NCBI GenBank assembly: GCA_007694035.1
Contig: RECM01000121.1
Location: 2,649 to 66,648 of the forward strand
Length of the DNA: 64,000 bases
Direction: 5' to 3'
Source: Balneolaceae bacterium
GTDB taxonomy: Bacteria > Bacteroidota > Rhodothermia > Balneolales > Cyclonatronaceae
The notes below the pieces were generated by a model. That model had not been told where the DNA came from. It saw only the letters and a program-made list of their open reading frames with translations, and made no database searches. Made by a program: the position numbers and the translations under genes. Numbering within the stretch: the first letter of the stretch is position 1; each line of letters starts with the position of its first letter. Positions 37,517 to 47,412 of the stretch are shown piece by piece.

Positions 37517-38975
37517 TATGATCGTAATCGGGGGCGGAGCGGCAGGACTTACCTCTGCCGGTATTTCCGCGAACCTGGGGGCAAAAACAATGATGATTGA
37601 AGCGCACCGGCTTGGCGGCGATTGTACCTGGACCGGATGTATACCCAGTAAGGTTTTACTGAAAGCTGCAAAAGTAGCCTCACAACTCCGGCACGCCGGC
37701 CGGTACGGGCTGCTGGACAATGAACCTGAAATCGATTTTCAGAAAATCATTGCTTACGTGCAAAAGGTGCGTGAGGACGTTTACGAGGAGGCCGACAACC
37801 CGGAAATATTTGAAGCAATGGGCATAGAGGTTGTTCATGGGAAAGCGCGTTTTACAGATCCGCACACAGTGATCATTGAAAATGGCGGTGAGTCAAGAGA
37901 GGTTACTTCCAGGTTTTTTATCATTGCAACGGGTTCTTCCGCGGTTGTTCCGCCCATCGACGGGTTGAAGGAAGTGCCATACATGACCAATGAAAATCTT
38001 TTTGAGCAACACGATTTTCCCGAATCGCTCGCGATAATAGGGGGCGGACCGATTGGTATTGAAATGGCCCAGGCTTTTACCCGCCTTGGCAGCAATGTAA
38101 CGGTCTTCGACATGATGGATAGCATACTGGTGAACGATCATCCGGAACTTGCCCTGCAGCTCAGGCAAACCCTTGAATCGGAGGGAGTTCGTTTCATACT
38201 TGGCGCCGGTGTGAAGAACGTATCGGAATCGCGCTCAGGAATCAGTATTAAGTACGAGTGGCAGAGTGGTACCCATACACTGGATGCATCAAAATTGCTG
38301 GTTTCTGCCGGTCGGCGCGCAAATACCGATGGCCTTGGCCTGGATGATGCCGGTGTAGTATGGTCCCGGAAGGGGATTGAGATTAACAATCGCTGCCGTA
38401 CCAACCGCAAGCATATCTTTGCAGCCGGTGATGTTGCCGGCCGCTTCCAGTTTACCCATATGAGTGAGCATATGGCCAAAGTGGCAGCCACAAATGCTCT
38501 TCTTCGTATTCCCTTTAAAATGGATTCACGTCATGTGCCATGGGCGACCTACACAGACCCGGAGCTGGCTCACGTCGGCACTGCCGAGAAAGAGCTTATT
38601 GAAACGGGCACAGTATATGAAGTCTATAAATTCCCATACTCCAAAATCGACCGTGCTGTCACCGATTCTGAAACCAACGGCTGGATTCGTGTTTACGCAA
38701 AACCGATTACAGGAAAAATTCTGGGTGCTGATATCCTGGGTACTCACGCGGGTGACCTGATTGGTGAATTTGCCCTGGCCATGAGGAATGGAATAAGCCT
38801 GAGGAGTATGGCCGATACGATACACCCATATCCGACTTATGGTCTCGGCGCAAGAAGGGCGGCCGACCAGTGGTATGTGAAAAACCAAAAGTTGTGGCAG
38901 ATTAAACTGATCCGCAAGATTTTCGGCTACCGCGGCAATTTGCCTGACCTGAGTGATAAAGACCGCATAGTCTGA
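37500..38975 (+). CDS. class I pyridine nucleotide-disulfide oxidoreductase (dihydrolipoamide dehydrogenase/MerA-like, not MerA)
   Basis: YDMIVIGGGAAGL, the redox-active GGDCTWTGCIPSK, a second GGGPIGIE NAD(P)-binding motif and a dimerisation domain with HPYPTY. I prefer the TTG at 37500 (GAGGAG 8 nt upstream), with the ATG at 37518 as alternative. The track start at 37428 lies inside the upstream gene. Confidence 0.85.
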   Translation: MKREYDMIVIGGGAAGLTSAGISANLGAKTMMIEAHRLGGDCTWTGCIPSKVLLKAAKVASQLRHAGRYGLLDNEPEIDFQKIIAYVQKVREDVYEEADNPEIFEAMGIEVVHGKARFTDPHTVIIENGGESREVTSRFFIIATGSSAVVPPIDGLKEVPYMTNENLFEQHDFPESLAIIGGGPIGIEMAQAFTRLGSNVTVFDMMDSILVNDHPELALQLRQTLESEGVRFILGAGVKNVSESRSGISIKYEWQSGTHTLDASKLLVSAGRRANTDGLGLDDAGVVWSRKGIEINNRCRTNRKHIFAAGDVAGRFQFTHMSEHMAKVAATNALLRIPFKMDSRHVPWATYTDPELAHVGTAEKELIETGTVYEVYKFPYSKIDRAVTDSETNGWIRVYAKPITGKILGADILGTHAGDLIGEFALAMRNGISLRSMADTIHPYPTYGLGARRAADQWYVKNQKLWQIKLIRKIFGYRGNLPDLSDKDRIV

Positions 38976-39037
38976 CCTGACCGGTCAGTTACAATCAGTA
39001 TACCGGGTGCAAAAAGGCTGGCACGGCAAATGCCGGA

Positions 39038-39910
39038 CTACTGAACCAGCAGTGCCTTCATGGTTTCGCCGATAACGGCCGGACTTTCGCAAACGGTGAT
39101 GCCAGCTTCGGCCAAAGCCTTCATCTTGTCCTGTGCGGTCCCTTTTCCACCCGAAACAATAGCGCCGGCATGCCCCATACGGCGGCCCGGAGGTGCGGTA
39201 CGACCTGCAATGAAAGCAACGACTGGTTTTTTAACATGCTGACTGATGTATGCTGCGGCTTCTTCTTCCGCTGTGCCACCGATTTCACCAATCAGAACAA
39301 TCGCCTCCGTTTCGGGATCGTCATTAAAAAGTTTCACGGCATCGATATGTGTTGTTCCGATTACAGGGTCTCCTCCTATACCGATTGCAGTACTTTGACC
39401 CAGGCCCGCTTTCGTAAGTTGATCGACAGCTTCATACGTGAGCGTACCGGAGCGTGAGATTACGCCTATAGGTCCCCGCGTAAAAATCATTCCGGGCATA
39501 ATTCCAATTTTGGCCTCACCCGGCGTAATGATTCCCGGGCAGTTGGGGCCGATAAGTACAGCACCGTACCTGTTCACGATATCTTTTGCAAGAATCATGT
39601 CTTTTGTGGGTATACCCTCCGATATACACACAATAACCTTAATTCCGGCCAAAGCGGCTTCGATAATGGCATCGGATGCAAATGCAGGCGGTACAAATAT
39701 TACCGAGGTATTGGCTCCTTCATTTTGTACAGCATCCGAAACCGTGTTAAAAACCGGTCTTTCCAGGTGTTTAGTACCTCCCTTGCCGGGAGTGACCCCT
39801 CCAATTACATTGGTGCCATATTCGATCATCTGTTCGGAATGGAACGTTCCTTCCTTACCTGTAAAGCCCTGAACTACAAGACGGGTATCTTTTCCAACGA
39901 GTACACTCAT
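39038..39910 (-). CDS. sucD: succinate--CoA ligase subunit alpha
   Basis: [21 protein letters not shown] and the phosphohistidine context MGHAGAI. Confidence 0.95.
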   Translation of the reverse strand: MSVLVGKDTRLVVQGFTGKEGTFHSEQMIEYGTNVIGGVTPGKGGTKHLERPVFNTVSDAVQNEGANTSVIFVPPAFASDAIIEAALAGIKVIVCISEGIPTKDMILAKDIVNRYGAVLIGPNCPGIITPGEAKIGIMPGMIFTRGPIGVISRSGTLTYEAVDQLTKAGLGQSTAIGIGGDPVIGTTHIDAVKLFNDDPETEAIVLIGEIGGTAEEEAAAYISQHVKKPVVAFIAGRTAPPGRRMGHAGAIVSGGKGTAQDKMKALAEAGITVCESPAVIGETMKALLVQ

Positions 39911-40010
39911 GAGGAGACTGGATAAATATTATTGATAATGGGGTAAAAATATGGAGGGAAATATACCACATCCTCATCTTTAGACAAACACAATGCACTG
40001 TTTTACGGGG

Positions 40011-42002
40011 TCAGTGCTCTTCTTTGGCGAACAGGTCTTCTGCAGGCATCGTTTCAAACCGGGATAGTTCTTTTCTCACCTGCACCTGCTTTTTCAACGC
40101 TTCTTCCCGTTCAACTCCGGTAAGTTCGGTGCTTGCAGCCTGGAATTCACGATGCAATTTTTTCAGATATTGCATCATAAGTGTTTTCATGGCACCACGG
40201 GCTGTTTTATACGGATCGGAATCTTTCTTTATGATATTACCCCGTTTCCTGTTCCCCTCTTCGCTTACTGAATAGCGGTCGAGTACGATCTCGCCGGTGA
40301 GACCGGGGTAGGGGTGTTCCCGGCCGGAATAGTGATCTACCGACACTGGCTCACCAGCTGAATATCGTGTGATGATATCTTCGAAAAACGCGCGGATGTC
40401 CGGATTTTCGAACAGGTCCGGATTACAATTGGATCCGATATAATTGATCATTCGTTCACCGTACGACAGCATAAGGCGGATAACCTCTTTTTCATAGCCG
40501 GGTATTACACCCGGTTTACTTGGTTGCACGTTACCGGTTGCCCTTGAGCCGGCAGATTCACCGCGATCCCGCCCAAGGTCTCGGGCATGAGTATTTGGAG
40601 CTTCGTGCCCCTGCTTTTTTGACGGGTCAAATGTGTCGTACCGGCCGGCATCGTTGTCGTCAGGTGTACTTTTAAACGTTTTCCTGCTCTGACGTGACAG
40701 GGCGAGGCCCAGTTCATTGAACAGTGCCCTGTCTCCGATCCCGGCAAACTTGTTCAGGTGCAGGATCATGGTTTCGCGGCCAACTTCATTCGGCATGAGG
40801 GCTATGGACTGCACAATATCGCTGATCACATGCTGTTTTTTCAAAGGATCTTCCCAGCTGCCATCTGCCTCGGCCTGTTTGATTTTAAACGTTACAAAAT
40901 CGACGGCATCATTTTTTCGAATGTTCCGGAATGCTTCCGCCCCGAATTTGCGAACGAATGAATCAGGATCTTCGCCATCGGGCAGGCTGAGCAAGCGTAC
41001 ATCCATCCCTTCCTGAAGGGCCAGCTCCACTCCGCGGATCATTGCTGCCTGCCCGGCATTATCCGCATCATAGATCATGAGCAGATTCGGGCTGTAGCGT
41101 TTCAGTATCTGGAGTTGTGGTATTGTAAGTGAGGTTCCGCTGCTGGCCACCACATTTTCGATACCCGCCTGCCACAGCGAGATCACATCTGTGTAACCTT
41201 CTACAAGGATAACTTCCTTCTGTTTCCGGATTTCATTTTTGGCCAGATGAACGCCATAGAGGGCCTCACTCTTATTGTACACCCGGGTCTGTGGCGAATT
41301 GATATATTTCGGGCCCTTTTCATCTTTTAGTATGCGTCCGCCGAATGCAATAACCTTTCCAGCAGCGTTGAAAATGGGGAACATAAGCCGCCCGCGAAAC
41401 ACATCAAACGCATTTTTACTGTTTTCCGAATATTTGGTCAAACCCGCTTCGAACAGATATTCATCGTTGATGCCGGCAGAACGGGCATCGTTGATAAGGC
41501 CATCGAATGAATTCAGGGAGTAGCCGATCCCGAATTTCCGGATGGTTTTGGTTGTAAATCCTCTTTTGGAGAGGTAATCCCGGGCATGGGCGGCCTCGTC
41601 GGCTGTAACCAGGTTCTGGTGGAAATGTACACCGGCAAACCTGAGGGCATGGTATACACCCTCGGTGAGCTGATAACCTGCTTCAGACTCGGCCGATTCC
41701 ATCTCCGGCACAGTCACATTAAAACGTTCGGCCAGCGATTTCATAGCTTCCACGAAACCCACACCTTCCATATCCATCACAAAATTGAAAACATCGCCGC
41801 CAGCACCACATCCGAAGCATTTATAGATTTTGAGCTGGGGGTTTACGTTAAAAGAGGGCGTTTTTTCATTGTGAAACGGGCACAAACCGGTAAAAGAGTT
41901 GCCTGAACGTTTTAATTTAACATAGTCTGATACAACATCGACGATGTCGGCTGCATCACGGATTTCCTCTTTGATATGATCATTTAAAACCGGGCGTTTC
42001 AT
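40011..42002 (-). CDS. dnaG: DNA primase
   Basis: Zinc finger CPFHNEKTPSFNV...CFGCGAGGD; TOPRIM motifs EGYTDV and YDADNAG; long C-terminal region. Confidence 0.93.
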   Translation of the reverse strand: MKRPVLNDHIKEEIRDAADIVDVVSDYVKLKRSGNSFTGLCPFHNEKTPSFNVNPQLKIYKCFGCGAGGDVFNFVMDMEGVGFVEAMKSLAERFNVTVPEMESAESEAGYQLTEGVYHALRFAGVHFHQNLVTADEAAHARDYLSKRGFTTKTIRKFGIGYSLNSFDGLINDARSAGINDEYLFEAGLTKYSENSKNAFDVFRGRLMFPIFNAAGKVIAFGGRILKDEKGPKYINSPQTRVYNKSEALYGVHLAKNEIRKQKEVILVEGYTDVISLWQAGIENVVASSGTSLTIPQLQILKRYSPNLLMIYDADNAGQAAMIRGVELALQEGMDVRLLSLPDGEDPDSFVRKFGAEAFRNIRKNDAVDFVTFKIKQAEADGSWEDPLKKQHVISDIVQSIALMPNEVGRETMILHLNKFAGIGDRALFNELGLALSRQSRKTFKSTPDDNDAGRYDTFDPSKKQGHEAPNTHARDLGRDRGESAGSRATGNVQPSKPGVIPGYEKEVIRLMLSYGERMINYIGSNCNPDLFENPDIRAFFEDIITRYSAGEPVSVDHYSGREHPYPGLTGEIVLDRYSVSEEGNRKRGNIIKKDSDPYKTARGAMKTLMMQYLKKLHREFQAASTELTGVEREEALKKQVQVRKELSRFETMPAEDLFAKEEH

Positions 42003-42453
42003 CGTTCAATGATACCAAATTTCAATGGCGCAATCATCCATGAACTCCTTTAATTTCATTTAAAAATACAAATCAGATCACTCGAGGCGATCTGAGGACT
42101 TACCGGCCGGTAACGGGATGATTTGATCGGTAACGTAAAAAATATATCACATAATGTTGAAAGCCCGCATGTTTACAATTTTCGGGTGTTACTCTCTCCG
42201 GCGGTCATGAAAATTCCAAAAAGTAAATAACTTATTGTTGTATTTTGCGTTGAAACCTGGATACACCTGTACTCAGGTGAGTTCTTAAATTACAGTCATC
42301 AGCAGACATTTCAGGTTCCTGTTTCGTCAGTGTTCGGTCCTAAAGTATTAGTACTGTTTTCTGGCATTTCATGAACGGGTTTTACATCGGTCAGATGAAT
42401 CTGAAACGGAGCTTAAACTGCCATTAATCTATTTCCGCACAACAGTCTGGTAA

Positions 42454-44967
42454 ATGTTTCGAATTATTGCATTACTTAAGCCTTTAATCAGGTTCAATTA
42501 TTCCCACCCCTATATAATACTGGCTATTGCCTTACTGTTGTCTGTTATTTCAGCGACCTTTGCACTTCGCCTAACTGTCGACACCGATATTGCCAATCTG
42601 CTCCCGCCCAGTAACAAGTATGTAAAAGCGCTTGATGAACTCAAGGAGAGGGTAGGTGGTGAAACGGAGATGGAGGTGGTGATCAGCTCGGACAGTTTTG
42701 ACGATAATATGCGTTTTGCCCGCGATTTGATTGAGCGCAGCATGGCGTTGGAGTATCCGAGAAGGGGAAACCTGTATTTTTCGAGGTATGAATTCCGGAA
42801 AGAGACGGAGGTGCTTGAGCGCTATGCCCTCTACCTGGCAACGGAAAATGAAATACAGGATCTGCTCGCGTTTCTTGATGACGAGATCGAACAGGCCAAA
42901 CTGGATGCCAATCCTTTTTTTATCGATTTCGAGGATGATTTTGACGACGAAGAGGAAGAAGACCTCAGAAAGCGCAATTTTGAGGAAACCTATGCCGACC
43001 TGGTACCATCGGAATACCCTGTAAGTGCCGACAGCACGGTTTTACTCCTGAAATTTTTCCCAACCGGTTCCCGAAGCGACCTCCGCTTTCTAAGGGATAT
43101 GTTCAACGATTACGAAAAGCTGGTTGAAGAGATGAACCCGGCCTCCTATAACCCTGATATGGTGGTTAAATACGGTGGCCGGTTAAAAAGGCATCTTCTG
43201 GAAATCGATTCCATAATGAATGATGTGTACAGCAGCTTTGCCACTGGCATGAGCAGTGTAATACTGCTTGTAATGCTCTATTTTTTTCTTAAAAAGTACA
43301 TCAACTACAGGAGGGGAGATCCTGCTCTAAGAAAACACAGTATCTGGGTTCATGTTGCCAGGATGCCGATATCGACATTGATAATCGGTCTTCCACTGCT
43401 GTTCAGCCTTACCTATACATTTGCCATAGCATATTTTGTGCTGGGAGTGCTGAATACGATGACATCCGTACTTTTTGTGATCCTGTTCGGACTGGGTATT
43501 GACTACGGGCTTCACTTCTACGCGCGATACCTGGAAAAAAGGTCGGAAGGGATGGAAATTCTGGATGCATTGCTGCAGACATACGAAAGCACGGGCCTGG
43601 CCATAATGACCAGTGCGGTTACAACGGCTATTGCACTGTTTGTACTGACCTATGCCGAATTCAGGGGCTTTTCCGAATTCGGCTTCATTTCAGGTCTGGG
43701 AATACTGTTCGCCTATCTTTCCATGATCTACATATTGCCGGCATTTATTGTGTTTTTTGAAAGAATGGGCCTTATTCTTGTTAACAAGAATGAAGGGAAA
43801 GTATTGGTGAATAAACCACCGAAACGCTATCCCTACTCCCGTTCGATATTGATTTTTGGAATAGGGGTAATTCTGTTCGTTGGTTTCAACACAAATAAGC
43901 TGGTATTCGAGTATGATTTCAGCAATCTGGAACCGGAGTTTACCGAATACAGGGAATTCAGGGATCTCGCAAGGGAGGTATCAGCCGGTACCCGCAGGAA
44001 CCCGGCATATATTGTGGCAGATACCTACGAGGAAATCGATAACATACTTGACAGGATTCGTGAAATCAGGGAGGCAAGTGGTGAATCCACACTTATTCTG
44101 GATGTGGAAGCACTTCAGGAGCGGTTCCCGGTTACCGAAGAAGACGAGAGGGCGAAACTCAGGCAGGTTGCCATGGTGAGGGAAAGGCTGGAGGACCCGT
44201 TCCTTCAGGATCAGGATAACGGGGATCTTGAAATACTGAGAAAAGCTTCGGAAGTAACCGAACCTCTTGATTTTAACGATTTACCGGCATTTCTGACAGA
44301 TCGTTTCGTTACGCGCGACGGTGAAATAGGCCGGTTTGTAATGATCTATCCCAGTGAGAGCCTCTCCGACGGGCGGGTGTCAATAGCATTCAAGAACGAA
44401 ATTGGTACTATTGTTACAAAAGACGGCGAAACCTACTATGCTGCAAGTACATCGATTGTTGCAGCCGAAATGCTTGAGCTACTTCATGATGAAAGTTACA
44501 TTATGGTATTCGCTACGCTTATAATGATTCTGATTCTAATGTATATTTCGTTCCGTTCTTTCCGGTGGACCATAATTTCCATGCTGCCTCTGATAATCGG
44601 TTTGAGCTGGATGTTTGCAATCATGATACTGTTCGGCCTGTCATTTAATTTTTATAACCTGGTTGTACTGCCGGCTATTTTGGGTATTGGGAATGACAAT
44701 GGCGTTCATCTTGCCAGCCGGTACCGTGAGGAGGGAAGGGCGAGCATGTGGAACGTACTTTCAAGTACAGGGCAGCACATCACCGTAGGGTCGTTTACCA
44801 CTATGCTTGGTTTTGCGGGATTGTTATTTACCAACCATCCGGGCCTTTACTCAATAGGAGTGATGGCTGTTGTTGGTATAGGCATGACGCTGCTGTCGGC
44901 GGTAACATTTCTGCCGGCACTGGTCCAGTTCCTTGAAGATAAAAACTGGATCCGGTACGATTACTGA
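42454..44967 (+). CDS. MMPL/RND-superfamily exporter (HpnN-like architecture)
   Basis: 837 aa. Two repeats of one TM plus a large loop plus five TMs, with GIDYG.H and GIGNDNGVH motifs in the TM bundles. Confidence 0.8.
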   Translation: MFRIIALLKPLIRFNYSHPYIILAIALLLSVISATFALRLTVDTDIANLLPPSNKYVKALDELKERVGGETEMEVVISSDSFDDNMRFARDLIERSMALEYPRRGNLYFSRYEFRKETEVLERYALYLATENEIQDLLAFLDDEIEQAKLDANPFFIDFEDDFDDEEEEDLRKRNFEETYADLVPSEYPVSADSTVLLLKFFPTGSRSDLRFLRDMFNDYEKLVEEMNPASYNPDMVVKYGGRLKRHLLEIDSIMNDVYSSFATGMSSVILLVMLYFFLKKYINYRRGDPALRKHSIWVHVARMPISTLIIGLPLLFSLTYTFAIAYFVLGVLNTMTSVLFVILFGLGIDYGLHFYARYLEKRSEGMEILDALLQTYESTGLAIMTSAVTTAIALFVLTYAEFRGFSEFGFISGLGILFAYLSMIYILPAFIVFFERMGLILVNKNEGKVLVNKPPKRYPYSRSILIFGIGVILFVGFNTNKLVFEYDFSNLEPEFTEYREFRDLAREVSAGTRRNPAYIVADTYEEIDNILDRIREIREASGESTLILDVEALQERFPVTEEDERAKLRQVAMVRERLEDPFLQDQDNGDLEILRKASEVTEPLDFNDLPAFLTDRFVTRDGEIGRFVMIYPSESLSDGRVSIAFKNEIGTIVTKDGETYYAASTSIVAAEMLELLHDESYIMVFATLIMILILMYISFRSFRWTIISMLPLIIGLSWMFAIMILFGLSFNFYNLVVLPAILGIGNDNGVHLASRYREEGRASMWNVLSSTGQHITVGSFTTMLGFAGLLFTNHPGLYSIGVMAVVGIGMTLLSAVTFLPALVQFLEDKNWIRYDY

Positions 44968-45041
44968 CACCGAAAATGGTAATTATGCTGTGATTCGTGT
45001 ATCACGATAGTTAAATTGTACTATTCATTACATTAATTTCT

Positions 45042-45794
45042 GTGCAGTTGATTAAGAAATCACCGGCCATTGTTCTCCGGAGTGTTGATTTCCGGGAATC
45101 AAGCAAGATCGTAACACTTTTCACTCCTGATGAGGGGAAGGTGAGCGTAATGGTTCGTGGTGCGAAGAACCCCAAAAGCAAGTACGCCGGCCTTATGCAG
45201 ACCGGGAACATACTGGATGTAGTTTATTTCCAAAAAACCACACGGTCTGTTCAGTCACTCAGCGATGCTGCGTACAGGCAGAAAACCTTCAATATCCAGT
45301 TGGATTATGATAAACTGGCTGTGGCCATGGCCCTTCTGGAAATGACAGATCAGCTGGTTCATAGTCATGAAAACAGTAATGACCTGTTCCGGTTTACAGA
45401 ATCTGTGCTTGTTTGGCTTCATAATGCAGATGGGCACATCAGAAATCTTTTCCCGTATATTCAAATGAGGCTCGCTGAACTTATGGGAGTAGGGCTGCAA
45501 TCTGAACAGGATAATGAACGAAGAACCGGAAATTTTGTTTATATGAACATAAACAAGGGCAGTTTTTCGGATGAACCCGATGACGAATTCTATTTCCGGC
45601 TAACGTATTCACAAACCGAATATGTAAAAGACGTTTTCGGGAACAAAGCAGCCTCACTGTTGAAAAAGAATTTGAATATATCAGATCTCAAGCAACTCAT
45701 TTACCATATGGACGTTTATCTTAAACATCACATTGAAGGTTTAAAAGATCGGAAGTCCGATGTCATATTCGAACAATTAAGTATGACCACATGA
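45042..45794 (+). CDS. recO: DNA repair protein RecO
   Basis: The N-terminal OB-fold signature PAIVLRSVDFRESSKIVTLFT.DEGKVSVMVRGAK... and the 250-aa length fit RecO. GTG start. Confidence 0.8.
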   Translation: MQLIKKSPAIVLRSVDFRESSKIVTLFTPDEGKVSVMVRGAKNPKSKYAGLMQTGNILDVVYFQKTTRSVQSLSDAAYRQKTFNIQLDYDKLAVAMALLEMTDQLVHSHENSNDLFRFTESVLVWLHNADGHIRNLFPYIQMRLAELMGVGLQSEQDNERRTGNFVYMNINKGSFSDEPDDEFYFRLTYSQTEYVKDVFGNKAASLLKKNLNISDLKQLIYHMDVYLKHHIEGLKDRKSDVIFEQLSMTT

Positions 45795-47317
45795 GTTTAT
45801 TTCAAAAAATCCTGACCGGCCTGATGCTAGTTCTCACGGGTGTACTGCTCGGTATGATCATTATGATATGGAGAGACGGCTTAACCGGTGCCGACAGGGT
45901 TGAAGTGAGAGTAACAGATGTTAAACGCTCCACAGGACCTGTTGAACCATATGCGGAAAATGTGGTCGATATTCCGGGATTTGGCCTGAAAGATGTGGCC
46001 CGTGAGGTGTTGCCTACCGTTGTATACATTGAGTCATCAGTAAATCTTGCCCGCAGGGCAATGCCAGAGGATGAAAATCACAATCTGGATGAAAATTTCT
46101 GGGACAGGATTTTCCCTCAAAGAAGGGCAAGTACAATCGGTTCGGGTGTGCTTATCAGCCCCGATGGTTTTATACTTACAAATAATCACGTAGTAGCAGG
46201 TGCCAGAAACGAGCGGGTTTCGGTTACGCTGCATGATAAGCGCTTCTTTGATGCAAGCATAATTGGCCGCGACCCCCAGACAGATCTCGCTGTGATAAAA
46301 ATTGATGGCCAGGATTTCCCCCACACAATTATCGGGGATTCCGATATGCTTGAAATTGGCGACTGGGTTATGGCCGTTGGAAACCCGTTGCGTTTACGTT
46401 CAACCGTTACAGCCGGTATAGTAAGCGCTCTGGGCCGAAATGTGCAAATAATCAGCGACCGGATGAGCATTGAACATTTTATACAGACAGATGCTGCCAT
46501 TAACAAAGGAAACAGCGGTGGTGCACTGGTTAATATGAGGGGAGAACTGATAGGTATTAATACGGCAATTGCGACGGAGAACGGCGGAAACCAGGGTTAC
46601 GGTTTTGCAATACCCATCAACCTGGCTTTCAAGATTGGCCGCGACCTGATCGAGTTTGGCGAGGTACAGAGAGCGTTTCTGGGTGTTCAGATTGTTTCAG
46701 TAGACGACCGCCGCGCCAGGCAACTTGGATTAAGGCAGATATCCGGTGTGGAGATCGTAGAGCTGGTTCCGGATGGGTCGGCAGACCGGGCGGGAATAAA
46801 AGTTAATGATGTAATTCTTACGGTAAATGATTATCCCGTGGGTGAATCGAATGATCTGCAGGCCCGGATTGCCCTGAACAGGCCAGGCGATACAGTTAAA
46901 GTAACTGTATGGAGAAACGGCGATGTTATTGAAAAACAGCTTGAACTCTATGGTATGGACAACGAATCGATCAGTCGCTGGGCTCAGAGAATGGATGAGC
47001 AGCCAATGGACCTGGATTTCGAAACCGAGGTAGATTCTCATACGTTTGATCTCGGTTTTACAGTTGCTGAACTGGCCCGGCCCGATGATCTGGCAAGTTT
47101 TGAGCTGGTAATTACAGGTGTTGTCCGTGGTTCAGAGGCCTCAAGGCGCGGGCTGCGTACCAACGACATCATAATCGGTGTTGATAACCAGGCTGTTACC
47201 AGCCTCGATGAGCTGAAACTGTTGCTAGATAAAAGCCTGAAAAATGATAACCGTGCTGTACTCGGAGTACGGCGCGGGGAGGATACAATAGCCTACTATG
47301 AGTTGAGAAAAAGATAG
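45791..47317 (+). CDS. htrA: Do/HtrA-family periplasmic serine protease with two PDZ domains
   Basis: TM or signal anchor, trypsin-like core with TNNHV, D.A..K. and GNSGGALVN, then two PDZ-like segments. ATGA overlap with recO. Confidence 0.9.
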   Translation: MSLFQKILTGLMLVLTGVLLGMIIMIWRDGLTGADRVEVRVTDVKRSTGPVEPYAENVVDIPGFGLKDVAREVLPTVVYIESSVNLARRAMPEDENHNLDENFWDRIFPQRRASTIGSGVLISPDGFILTNNHVVAGARNERVSVTLHDKRFFDASIIGRDPQTDLAVIKIDGQDFPHTIIGDSDMLEIGDWVMAVGNPLRLRSTVTAGIVSALGRNVQIISDRMSIEHFIQTDAAINKGNSGGALVNMRGELIGINTAIATENGGNQGYGFAIPINLAFKIGRDLIEFGEVQRAFLGVQIVSVDDRRARQLGLRQISGVEIVELVPDGSADRAGIKVNDVILTVNDYPVGESNDLQARIALNRPGDTVKVTVWRNGDVIEKQLELYGMDNESISRWAQRMDEQPMDLDFETEVDSHTFDLGFTVAELARPDDLASFELVITGVVRGSEASRRGLRTNDIIIGVDNQAVTSLDELKLLLDKSLKNDNRAVLGVRRGEDTIAYYELRKR

Positions 47318-47412
47318 TCTGATTTTTCAAAAAGTCGGATGCTCTCTGATGATGTAAATCGCTATCTTCGGTACCCGAACCAAAATTTTTTTAAAAACTC
47401 TGGTAATGCTGT

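Noticed and set aside
37500-38975. Mercuric reductase (MerA), hinting at a mer resistance island.
   Set aside because: There is no N-terminal heavy-metal-binding domain, no C-terminal Cys-Cys pair, and no merR/T/P genes. Only the generic CxxxxC flavoprotein disulfide reductase core is present.
39018-39033. TGGCACGGCAAATGCC, a close match to the sigma-54 -24/-12 consensus.
   Set aside because: It lies between two convergent gene ends and would fire into the antisense of sucD. The same bases form a GC hairpin (CGGCA..TGCCG) followed, on the minus strand, by TTTTT. That is better explained as the sucD terminator.
47318-47412. A Phe-rich leader peptide or attenuator upstream of pheA.
   Set aside because: The only small ORF contains two Phe codons and no alternative terminator/antiterminator hairpins. 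The TTCGG-TAC-CCGAA hairpin plus T-run looks like a weak htrA terminator instead.
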